A stretch of 64,000 bases of DNA, taken from positions 510,660-574,659 of the forward strand of contig JAXMBC010000001.1 of the NCBI GenBank assembly GCA_046350055.1. Direction: 5' to 3'. Shown piece after piece: positions 34,632-43,150 of the stretch. The notes beneath the pieces are model-generated. The model was not told the DNA's origin. It was given only the letters and a program-made list of their open reading frames with translations, and ran no database searches. The translations under genes and the position numbers were made by a program. The stretch's first letter is position 1. Every line of letters starts with the position of its first letter. The DNA comes from Gemmatales bacterium (GTDB lineage Bacteria > Planctomycetota > Planctomycetia > Gemmatales > HRBIN36).

Positions 34632-35292
34632 ACGAAATATCCGACAACGCGGACTTGTTCCCTCTGAAAAGCTTGCTCAGCTACACGTCCTGGTCATTGG
34701 TGTTGGAGCCATCGGTCGCCAAGTGGCACTCCAACTGGCTAGCCTTGGTGTGCTGCGCATGACCCTGATGGACCACGACCATGTGGCTGTGGAGAACCTG
34801 GCTGTTCAGGGCTACTGGCCGGACGATCTGGGACAAGCCAAGGTTCAAGCCTCGGGGGCCCTCTGTCAGAAGATACACCCGGCGCTGGACGTGACAGAGA
34901 TTCCAGATCGCTTTCGACGACATCCAGGCTGGTATGCTGATCCTGGTAGGATTCCCGTGGTGATGGTCTGTGTGGACAGCATCAGCACACGGAAGATCAT
35001 CTGGGAATCGATGCAAGACCATGTCGCCCTCTACATCGATGGGCGTATGCAGGGAGAAGTCATGCGGGTCCTGGCACAGGATGAGCGGACTGATCCTAAT
35101 CGCTACCAGGACTCCCTCTTCTCTGAAGCTGAAGCCCAGAACGGTACGTGTACCACTCGATCCACTATTTACACCGCATCGATCGCGGCAGGCCTCATGG
35201 TAGCGCAGCTGGTTCGCTGGCTTCGTCAGGTGCCGTTGATCCCCGATCAAACCCTCAATCTGCTCAGCGGTGAATTAATCACCAGCGAGTAG
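34618..35292 (+). CDS. Minimal ThiF/MoeB/E1-like adenylyltransferase, cassette 1
   Basis: The Rossmann motif is 'VLVIGVGAIGRQVALQLASLGV', followed by 'LMDHDHVAVENL'. The Cys segment '[19 protein letters not shown]' is conserved. The protein is only 224 aa. Confidence 0.85.
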   Translation: MSFPERNIRQRGLVPSEKLAQLHVLVIGVGAIGRQVALQLASLGVLRMTLMDHDHVAVENLAVQGYWPDDLGQAKVQASGALCQKIHPALDVTEIPDRFRRHPGWYADPGRIPVVMVCVDSISTRKIIWESMQDHVALYIDGRMQGEVMRVLAQDERTDPNRYQDSLFSEAEAQNGTCTTRSTIYTASIAAGLMVAQLVRWLRQVPLIPDQTLNLLSGELITSE

Positions 35293-35320
35293 GTGTCTCC
35301 AACCAATCTGTTCACTATTC

Positions 35321-35351
35321 GGCCCCTTCCTGGAAGGGGCCTTTCTTTTTT
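35321..35351 (+). terminator. Rho-independent terminator after the E1 gene
   Basis: GGCCCCTTCC-tg-GAAGGGGCC followed by TTTCTTTTTT. Confidence 0.75.
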
Positions 35352-35360
35352 GCCTGGAGG

Positions 35361-36080
35361 ATGCAGGTGTTAACACAAGGCAATCGTAAACTGGGCAGGA
35401 AACATATCTGGGGATTCACTCTCCCTTCCGGAACTGATGCCGTCTGTCCAGGACGTACCATCAGTTGCTCACACCATTGTTATGCTCGACGACTGGAGAA
35501 GATTCGTCCGAACGCGCACAAGGCCTATCGTCGCAACTTGCACTTGAGTCAACGCAAGGACTTCCCGCGCCGCGTGTATCATTTTGTTCGGGCCATGCGG
35601 ATTCGGACGGTTCGCATCCATGTCGGAGGTGATTTCTACTCCGATGAGTATGCCCGAAAATGGCTTCGCATCATCGAACGTTCACCCAAGACCCGGTTCT
35701 ACTTCTATTCCCGTTCCTGGCGCGTTCCACCGATTCGTACTGTGCTGGAGCAAATGGCTTGTTTGCCAAACTGTCGAGCCTGGTACTCCTGTGACCAGGA
35801 AACCGGGCTTCCAGCACAGGTGCCAGCAACCGTCAAACTGGCCTGGCTCCAAGTGGATGAAGAGGAAGAGATAGCATCAAACATCGATCTCGTCTTTCGG
35901 CGACAGGGGCTAAGGCGATTGTCACTATCCACCATTGCAGCCAAAGTCTGTCCTGAGCAGGATGGCGTGGCTCGATCGATGCCAGTCACCTGCGAGCAGT
36001 GCCAACTCTGTCTTCGCCCTGAACTAACTACATCCAGCACTCATGACTTGTTGTCATCGCTGCATCTGGCAATGCATTAG
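35361..36080 (+). CDS. Cys-rich phage/plasmid-type protein (GP88-like?)
   Basis: 'GNRKLGRKHIWGFTLPSGTDAVCPGRTISCSHHCYARR' resembles my recollection of the phage GP88 family N-terminus. This is unverified. Confidence 0.45.
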   Translation: MQVLTQGNRKLGRKHIWGFTLPSGTDAVCPGRTISCSHHCYARRLEKIRPNAHKAYRRNLHLSQRKDFPRRVYHFVRAMRIRTVRIHVGGDFYSDEYARKWLRIIERSPKTRFYFYSRSWRVPPIRTVLEQMACLPNCRAWYSCDQETGLPAQVPATVKLAWLQVDEEEEIASNIDLVFRRQGLRRLSLSTIAAKVCPEQDGVARSMPVTCEQCQLCLRPELTTSSTHDLLSSLHLAMH

Positions 36081-36147
36081 CTGGTTCCAACTTGGGTTTG
36101 CCATCTCTTGCAACACGTCTCCAACCTCAACTGAAAGGAGTTCCCCT

Positions 36148-36300
36148 ATGGGAGCACGCAATGATCTCAATGAGATCTACATCACTGGCAGTCTGATACT
36201 GGCTGCCGTCCTGGGGGCCATGGCCCAATCGTGGGTGGTGTTTGTCGTGGCGCTAATGTTGATCATTGGCACCTTGATCACGACCACCAAGATCAGGTAG
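36148..36300 (+). CDS. Small membrane protein (50 aa)
   Basis: ATG 36148 is preceded by AAGGAG. It has two hydrophobic stretches ('ITGSLILAAVLGAMAQSWVVFVVALMLIIGTLI'). Confidence 0.4.
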   Translation: MGARNDLNEIYITGSLILAAVLGAMAQSWVVFVVALMLIIGTLITTTKIR

Positions 36301-36474
36301 TCATTAAAGAGGCCAGGGAAATCCCTTGGCCTCTTCTCATTTGCCTCACCTGCACTCCTAGATCTGATGTCGAGGCTTCCGTTATGTCAAGGTGTCATTG
36401 CATCATTCGAGCCTTAACGTTTATAATTTGGTACTCAACACCAAGAGAACAACACCCTGAGGGAGGTCTCCGTT

Positions 36475-37491
36475 ATGGATCGGCAAGAACGGTATGAGAT
36501 GCTTGGCTGTCTTCAATCTTCGACCAAAGCTGATAAGTATGGAGTTACATTCCAACCACCTTCCCTAAAGGATGACGAAGTACAGTACGTGATCCCTGAG
36601 CCTCTCGTCGACGCTATTTCAGGCTCTCGACGGGGGTGGCTGTCAGAACAAGAGATTGAGCTAGAGATGTTCTTTGCTCAACTCTGCCGACGCGTTGGAA
36701 TCGTGGGATTCGGATGCGGGGGCGGGGTGCGTTATCCACTTTTGGAATCACTGAATCGGAAAACAACAGGACTCCACGAACGGTTTGAAGCACACCAATG
36801 TGTGATGCAGTTTGCAAACCGCGTCATTGACCAGTTCAACGTACCACAATTGGCGTTTCTAGGCTGGTTGACGAAACACTCCCCGTATCAAAAGGATCGG
36901 TTGAGATTATTGCGCAAATGGCGAAAACTCGGTTCTAATCCAACGTATCTAACTGGTCGCAATCATTTGCGACAGTATCGAACTATGCCTGCTCAAATGC
37001 AATATGGATCTGGCTTGCATCCAGAACTCTGTAATGACTTTTTAGCTTTCTATCGGAAGTGGGATTTGAATGGAATGACCACCTGGGATTTACCTCTCCA
37101 ACAGGAACCCAATTTAGGTGGCCCTGGAGAACTGGGAGCACTCATGGAACTGAACCGTAACCCTACCATTCAGGTACCAGCCACCATGAAACTACCATCC
37201 AGACTTCCACTTCAAGAACTGCTCGAACAACAACCACCTGACCACTTGGCACCATGGCTAGAGATCTTGAAAAGGAACCAGACCAAACGATGGGCAGAAG
37301 GTTTTATTATTCACTTCTACCAGGACATTATTCTCAAGCGTATCTTCGGCAAAGAGTTGCATCGATGCCAGAGTAAGCTGGACAACATCCTGGCAATCGC
37401 TTTCAGTTTCGAGGCACCGATCAAGGCAATGAAGAAGATGCCTGTTGATTCAATAAAAAAAGTTAGACAGGCTTTCCAAAGAAGCGAGTAA
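36475..37491 (+). CDS. Hypothetical protein (338 aa)
   Basis: Long ORF with coding-like composition and no recognised motif. Confidence 0.5.
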   Translation: MDRQERYEMLGCLQSSTKADKYGVTFQPPSLKDDEVQYVIPEPLVDAISGSRRGWLSEQEIELEMFFAQLCRRVGIVGFGCGGGVRYPLLESLNRKTTGLHERFEAHQCVMQFANRVIDQFNVPQLAFLGWLTKHSPYQKDRLRLLRKWRKLGSNPTYLTGRNHLRQYRTMPAQMQYGSGLHPELCNDFLAFYRKWDLNGMTTWDLPLQQEPNLGGPGELGALMELNRNPTIQVPATMKLPSRLPLQELLEQQPPDHLAPWLEILKRNQTKRWAEGFIIHFYQDIILKRIFGKELHRCQSKLDNILAIAFSFEAPIKAMKKMPVDSIKKVRQAFQRSE

Positions 37492-37543
37492 TACATCGCA
37501 ATTCGAAGAATGAGGCAAATTCGGCTTCTCGGACTGGCCTCGT

Positions 37544-39058
37544 TTGTACGCGGATTATATTCCAGAATCCCAGCACCCTCACGGTTTGCTTCCACTGTGG
37601 AAGACAACTTTCAGAATGGTGCTGACGATTCTCATGACTGCCTCGCTCACGAAACAATCTGATTCACGCAAGTGGCAGACAACTGAGCTACTAGGAAAGC
37701 ATGTTCACAAGACACTAAACAATTGCAGTGTCAGTATCGTTGAACGCAATGGCAAATACATGGCTCGTGGCCGACACCTTCGCAAGCAATACTGTGAAAC
37801 ACTAGGCGGCACAAGGTTAGAGGCTGAATCAAGATTAATCGAGCTACTATCCGAGTTAACGAAGGGTACTTTTCAGCCGCCTCAGGTACAACGGAAACAG
37901 TTCGTGCAGCACCGATTCGTGTCGCACTTGACATTTTCAGAATTGCTAAGCCAATACATCACTGATGTTCGGAAAACCAAAGGACGCGACACCACAAAGA
38001 CGTATCTGGCCAGGCTGGGACATATTGAACGATTTGCTTGTGAGCCTGGTAACGCTAAACAATGGCCCACAGTCAACAGTATTAATCGTGATTTTATCTT
38101 GAAACTGAAATGCCAGCTTCAGCACGCTACCGTTACTCCCAACGGCCACGCACATAGCATCGCCAAGCCCATGTCACAACGACAGATCTTCAACGTGCTG
38201 TCAATGTTGGGGACGATGTTCCAGTGGGCGCTTCGTACCGATATTCGTCGACTTCCTGCACACTGGATAAATCCATTAACCAGGGAGTTGATAGGAGCCA
38301 AGCCAACTAAGGATCCTATTCGGAGGCTTACCATGAACGATGAGTATTTGCTACAGCTGATCCAGCACTGTGATGCTTGGCAGCTGACACACCTCGCGCT
38401 TAGTTTCGTTTATCCTCTGCGACCCGAAGAAGCAGTTGGCCTCCTTGTTGAGGAGGTTGACTTCTCGAAGAGGGAGCTCCGATTTGGTTCCAGGTTCGGT
38501 GGTGACGACTACACCAAAGGCAAGCAAAGTTTCGTGTTGCCTGTCCCGCCCGAGCTGACTCCCATCTTGAGCCACCTCGTGAATGGCAGGCACCATGGCC
38601 CACTTCTGCGTCAACGGCGACATTACACCCTGCCGAGCGAATCTTTACAGCCTGATACCATCGAAAACGGATACCGAGCCATGCTGATGGTCAACCAGGC
38701 AGATGTTATCACAGCCCAAGATCGTAAGCGATATCTACGGAGGACGTTGTCACAGTTCGGCGGTATCACACCCGACGTCTTAACCAAGGAGTTTAAAACG
38801 CTGATGCGCCAGGCTGGTGTGACTAGCAAGATAAGGCTCTACGATCTTCGAAGCCTCAATAGTACCAGGCTTTATCAATCGGATGTAAACCATCTTGCCT
38901 GCCGGTATTTCACCGGACATGCTGCCAACGACATCATGAACAGCTATGTGGCCCTGCAGCCACACAAGGACATACAACCATACTTCCTGGCCCTGCAACC
39001 AGTCTTGCAGGCCATCACCAAGCGATACCAGGAGCTCAGACTTGGTGTCACTGTATAA
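37544..39058 (+). CDS. Tyrosine recombinase/integrase (start uncertain: 37544, 37616 or 37634)
   Basis: The C-terminal catalytic region contains 'YDLRSLNSTRL' and 'FTGHAANDIMNSYV' (R...H...Y). The N-terminal arm/SAM-like region reads 'TFSELLSQYITDVRKTKGRDTTKTYLARL'. Confidence 0.8.
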   Translation: MYADYIPESQHPHGLLPLWKTTFRMVLTILMTASLTKQSDSRKWQTTELLGKHVHKTLNNCSVSIVERNGKYMARGRHLRKQYCETLGGTRLEAESRLIELLSELTKGTFQPPQVQRKQFVQHRFVSHLTFSELLSQYITDVRKTKGRDTTKTYLARLGHIERFACEPGNAKQWPTVNSINRDFILKLKCQLQHATVTPNGHAHSIAKPMSQRQIFNVLSMLGTMFQWALRTDIRRLPAHWINPLTRELIGAKPTKDPIRRLTMNDEYLLQLIQHCDAWQLTHLALSFVYPLRPEEAVGLLVEEVDFSKRELRFGSRFGGDDYTKGKQSFVLPVPPELTPILSHLVNGRHHGPLLRQRRHYTLPSESLQPDTIENGYRAMLMVNQADVITAQDRKRYLRRTLSQFGGITPDVLTKEFKTLMRQAGVTSKIRLYDLRSLNSTRLYQSDVNHLACRYFTGHAANDIMNSYVALQPHKDIQPYFLALQPVLQAITKRYQELRLGVTV

Positions 39059-39309
39059 TGGCTTTACATCGAGCCGACTACCATGACCTGCAACCTGCTT
39101 CACCAGTGCCCCGACTCCCAGCTGCCAGTGATTTTGGCAGGGCTTGCTGGTGCACGAGTGGTGCACACTTGGTGCACAAGCATGTTGGCTGGTAGTTTTG
39201 AGGCTTCAATCAACCAGTGGGTAGAATTAACTCCAATGCTCAAAAAGCACTGGAATATCAAGGGTTTGTGGACTGGCTGGTGTTTGCGAAGGTACAACCT
39301 ATGAGGTGT

Positions 39310-39334
39310 AGCGGAGAGTCCCCCCCTCTCCGCT
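39310..39334. repeat. C-rich hairpin containing a 16-mer shared with 60869-60884
   Basis: AGCGGAGAG-tcccccc-CTCTCCGCT (9-bp stem) lies between the two convergent integrase genes. TCCCCCCCTCTCCGCT recurs at 60869. Confidence 0.5.
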
Positions 39335-39560
39335 GTTTGAGAATACCATCCGCGCAAACCCCTTGATTTCAGGCCTTTCTAGCGTTGCCATGAGCTGGCT
39401 CCTTGTCATTGTGCTGAAACTGTGCTGAGCACATCCAGCGGGTTTTCAAGCTTTCGGTCTGTCCTACAGGCCAGCGTGGCGGCAGTTTTCACTGCCGCCA
39501 CCACTGATCTTCACCTGATTGCTTCTAGCCTGCGTGCATCCCTGCAGCGGCCTCCGACTC

Positions 39561-40706
39561 CTAGGCGGATTTGTTCTCCACACCTCCTTGCTGAGGACGC
39601 AGGATCGGCTGATTCATCAGACTATCCATCGCAGCCTTTGCCACATGGTCATGGGTCTTGGCGTAATGACGCAAGATTTCTTCATCGACATGTCCTACCC
39701 ATGAGCGAACCGTTGTCTCAGATGCCGTTTTTCCCGAAAGCGCATACGAGATAAACGAGTGCCTGAAGGTGTGAAGATGTCCCGGTAAACCGAGTTGCTT
39801 GAGTACCTTTTTCAATCGCCCCAGCAATCGTTTTTCACTCCATTGCTTTCCTTCGATTCGTTGCTGCTGCGTCACTGGCATCGTCATTACCCAGGCACTG
39901 ATCCGAGGCATAGACGTAAACATATCCCGTAGTTTGTTGGACATCGTGATCACTCGTTGATCGCCCGACTTTGGCTTCCAGCCTTCCTTAGCCCGGATAT
40001 GGATGATCTCTTTCTCGAGATCTAGATCCTCCCATTTCAACCAAGCTAATTCTCCAAACCTAGCTCCCGTATGCGCCAGAAAAGTCAACTCTGACTTGAT
40101 GTTCTCGGGAGAGGCATCAATTATCATGTTGACTTGTTCCCAAGTCCAACATGGCTGAATCGCTGCAACGGGCTCAGGATTACTAAGTCCTTCCAGGGGA
40201 TCCTCAGCAATGAGCTTTCGTTTCAGGCAAAAGTTGATCCAGGTACGAATGATCATGACCTCGTCATGAATCGTTTGCTCCCCAGGCGGTTTTTTGGCCT
40301 TTGAACGAGCAATCCTGTATTGATCCACAAAGAGCAGATTCACTTGGCTGAGCTTTGTGCATTTCTGGAGATTTGCCAGATTCGCGACACGATCCATCAC
40401 CAATTGATACTTCCCAAGGGTCTTACGAGCCCGACCATTGACCCTGAGTTGATCCAAGTAAAGCTTCTGCCCTTCGGCAATCGACTTTACGGTTTGCTTG
40501 GCTTGGAAAGTTCCCTCATTGAGTTGCACCTCGATCTTCATTGCTCGAGCGCGGGCTTCCTTCTTGTTGGTTGTTTTCATCGAGTCGCGCTGCTGACGAC
40601 CGTCTAGTTGATAATTCGCGTACCACTTTCGGCCACGCTGGAAGATACTGACAAGTTCGCCTATCCGCTCACTGTCGCGATTGGGTTTGTGGGATTGTTC
40701 CGACAT
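39561..40706 (-). CDS. Tyrosine recombinase/integrase
   Basis: ATG 40706 (GGAGAA upstream). Motifs are 'TGARFGELAWLKWEDLD' and 'HLHTFRHSFISYAL...GHVDEEILRHY' (R, HxxR, H, Y). Confidence 0.85.
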   Translation of the reverse strand: MSEQSHKPNRDSERIGELVSIFQRGRKWYANYQLDGRQQRDSMKTTNKKEARARAMKIEVQLNEGTFQAKQTVKSIAEGQKLYLDQLRVNGRARKTLGKYQLVMDRVANLANLQKCTKLSQVNLLFVDQYRIARSKAKKPPGEQTIHDEVMIIRTWINFCLKRKLIAEDPLEGLSNPEPVAAIQPCWTWEQVNMIIDASPENIKSELTFLAHTGARFGELAWLKWEDLDLEKEIIHIRAKEGWKPKSGDQRVITMSNKLRDMFTSMPRISAWVMTMPVTQQQRIEGKQWSEKRLLGRLKKVLKQLGLPGHLHTFRHSFISYALSGKTASETTVRSWVGHVDEEILRHYAKTHDHVAKAAMDSLMNQPILRPQQGGVENKSA

Positions 40707-40784
40707 AGATTCTCCGAGTTCGAATGTTGACAAGCATGTCAACGCGGGTGTTGTTGGGAAAAACATGAGCCATCCGAGAGGATG

Positions 40785-41438
40785 CTAGCCGACGTACTCA
40801 ACTTCGACAGGCAGCGAAGGATCATACTCTGCTGCTTCTGCTTTTGATCGAATGGAGGTATCGAGGCCGTGTGTGGCTATGAGATTGAGCAGGCAGTCGC
40901 GAAAGATGCTGATCTTTCTTCCAAGCTTTCGTTTGCAGGTGTTGATCAATCCTCGGGATGACCACTCATACAGACTCTTGAGCCCGACATTCAGCATGCA
41001 CGCTGTCAGCTCCATGGTGAGCAACTCACCATACTGACTGGCAAAGTGAGGATCCTTCCGAAGTTGCTTCATGTATCGAAGCAGACTGGTCGCAATTTCT
41101 GATCGAGAGGGGCGTTGTGCCTTGGGTAGCCTCTTGGCACCATCAAGTTTTCCATCGACAAGCTGATCCAATACACAGTTACGGAGGAAAAGCCTACGAC
41201 GTCCCACACGGCACTTGCAGTTGTCGAAGATGCCTTTGCTGGAAAGCTTGTAGATGGTGTCAGTGGATGTGTTCAAGAACCTGGCCGTTGCAGCCACGTC
41301 CATCAACGGTGAGTGCTTTGAACTGAACTCAGCATCTTGCTTGAGTTCGTTGACATGTCGTTTCAAGAGTTGGTCGCCTTCCATGGCAACGCTCCGAGTA
41401 AGTTGGGGTTGTAAGTGATCTACACGGCGGAAGATCAT
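40785..41438 (-). CDS. Tandem excisionase-type HTH protein
   Basis: It has two internal repeats: 'LMDVAATARFLNTSTDTIYKLSSKGIFDNCKCRVGRRRLF' and 'LTMELTACMLNVGLKSLYEWSSRGLINTCKRKLGRKISIF'. It is adjacent to the integrase. Confidence 0.55.
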   Translation of the reverse strand: MIFRRVDHLQPQLTRSVAMEGDQLLKRHVNELKQDAEFSSKHSPLMDVAATARFLNTSTDTIYKLSSKGIFDNCKCRVGRRRLFLRNCVLDQLVDGKLDGAKRLPKAQRPSRSEIATSLLRYMKQLRKDPHFASQYGELLTMELTACMLNVGLKSLYEWSSRGLINTCKRKLGRKISIFRDCLLNLIATHGLDTSIRSKAEAAEYDPSLPVEVEYVG

Positions 41439-42105
41439 GGTGACCTGAGCGCCGAATTACAATCTCAGTTTCGTTCCAAGGTCACGGAATTTGGCAAATA
41501 GTAAGCTGCGTCATCTTTGATGAGATTAACGACTGTTCTACTAATCTGATCTGTGATCAACCGAAGCAGCAGCAGCACGTTCATCCAGTCTTGGCTGTTT
41601 TTGCCATGCTTCGACAAGCTGCTTGGCAAGCACTTCGATCAATAGACGCCAGGGCTCTGGGATCAAAGGCTCGTGGTTGTTGCTGCAACTTACATCAGTG
41701 TGTGAAGTAGTCGGTACTGCGCGCAGAGGCGTAAGGGGGTTTCACAATCGTCCTCGCATGAATGAAGAGGTGGATGATGGGAAGACTTTCCCAACAACGA
41801 CTACAGCAGAGTACCTGGCTGAGAGCTAGGTTCTCCCCGTCATTTCTTATGACACATTTTGGTGAATAGTTTAGTGGTTGTCATTTTGCATATCATCACA
41901 TTGCTGTGTTGATGCGTACATCATATGTCTAGAAAGTGGATGTCATTTGACTCAGACTCGAAGAGCGCTGAGGCCGAAGCTTGGGCAATCGTAGTACGAA
42001 ACGTGGTAATTGATAACAGAGCAACCGGATTAAGCATATTAGAATCGTGAATTCTGCATTGTCTTGGAGATGACTTAGAGGTCGAGCAGTTTCCAATGGC
42101 AACAT

Positions 42106-43095
42106 CTATTTCTTGGTTGATTTCTTTCTTCGCGTCTTTCTACCGCTCTTCTTTGAGCGTTTGTTAGCGCCAGGTAAAGCAATGGCTGCTACTGGTAGTG
42201 CATTTGCTGGAGCGACGAACGGGCAATGGCAAACGTCGACCCAGAGATGTTCGAGTCGGAAAGAAGTCGGGGCAAAGCTACGTACTAGGGTGGATTGGGA
42301 GAGTATGTTGACCCCTTTTGCAACCCATCCTGCGCCAATCCGCGAGAGCAGCGGGATATTTCGCGAAGCCGCCCCAGCATTTACTTCGATCAGAATTGTC
42401 GCCGGAGACGAGCTTTCAATGTAGCCAATCATTGCTGCAGATTCGTAACCCTTTGCATACTGCCACCCAGTATTGACGAACCGATCAATTCCGTGCGCCG
42501 AGTAGTTTTCATTCAAAACCCAATTCCCAACGCTATGCCCAAGCCGCTTGCATTCGACGTAGTAATTGATTTGCGAAGTACGAAAGTCAACGGCCTGAGG
42601 ATTCATCAGCGAACAAGTGAAGTCTGGCCGTTTCCGTAGGCGTTGCGACCTGACAACATCATCTGGCTCAGGCTGACTGACGCTGTCGAAGTTAATCACA
42701 AAGTTCATGATTCCCGGAGTTGCTGCCTGCATCAGATCGTAATGAGACTGTCGGAGAAGCCAATAAAGCTCCAGATTGATGTGTTCCTCAGCTCGTCTTA
42801 GCTGAGCAATAGTCGTGAGCCTTTTGAGGGCTTCCCGCAAGACGGTTAGCACCGCAGTTTCAAATATGCCCCAGTTAAGGGCAACTGTAAGCCTAGCGCG
42901 GCCACGCTTATCACCTGCCTTCATGCTCGCCGATGCCAACTGCATGACCATAAGCATCGTCGCCTCCGCATCATCCCGAGCAACAGATGAAGTCCAAAGC
43001 CGACGCTCGTTGCGCTTAATGATTATCATGTCTACATCGGTGACTAAGCGAATGAGCCCGTCGATGTACACACGGTTGGCCGTTACTGGTTGCAT
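42106..43095 (-). CDS. Candidate PD-(D/E)xK nuclease (restriction partner?)
   Basis: It contains 'KRPDFTC...(23 aa)...YYVECKRLG' and lies 55 nt downstream of the methyltransferase gene on the same strand. It has a Lys-rich C-terminal tail. Confidence 0.45.
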   Translation of the reverse strand: MQPVTANRVYIDGLIRLVTDVDMIIIKRNERRLWTSSVARDDAEATMLMVMQLASASMKAGDKRGRARLTVALNWGIFETAVLTVLREALKRLTTIAQLRRAEEHINLELYWLLRQSHYDLMQAATPGIMNFVINFDSVSQPEPDDVVRSQRLRKRPDFTCSLMNPQAVDFRTSQINYYVECKRLGHSVGNWVLNENYSAHGIDRFVNTGWQYAKGYESAAMIGYIESSSPATILIEVNAGAASRNIPLLSRIGAGWVAKGVNILSQSTLVRSFAPTSFRLEHLWVDVCHCPFVAPANALPVAAIALPGANKRSKKSGRKTRRKKSTKK

Positions 43096-43150
43096 AGAGT
43101 TATTTTCAAGTTTAGAGAGAATGTTGATCCACTCTTGTTCGTCGCTCGTA

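Noticed and set aside
39356-39369. 14-nt inverted match AAACCCCTTGATTT with 61053-61066
   Set aside because: Many 14-mer matches are expected by chance among all position pairs in 64 kb, so this is not used as evidence for island borders.
41439-42105. 667-bp AT-rich intergenic region, examined for small RNAs, tRNA or short ORFs
   Set aside because: Only a short open frame without an identifiable start was seen, with no convincing structure or motif.
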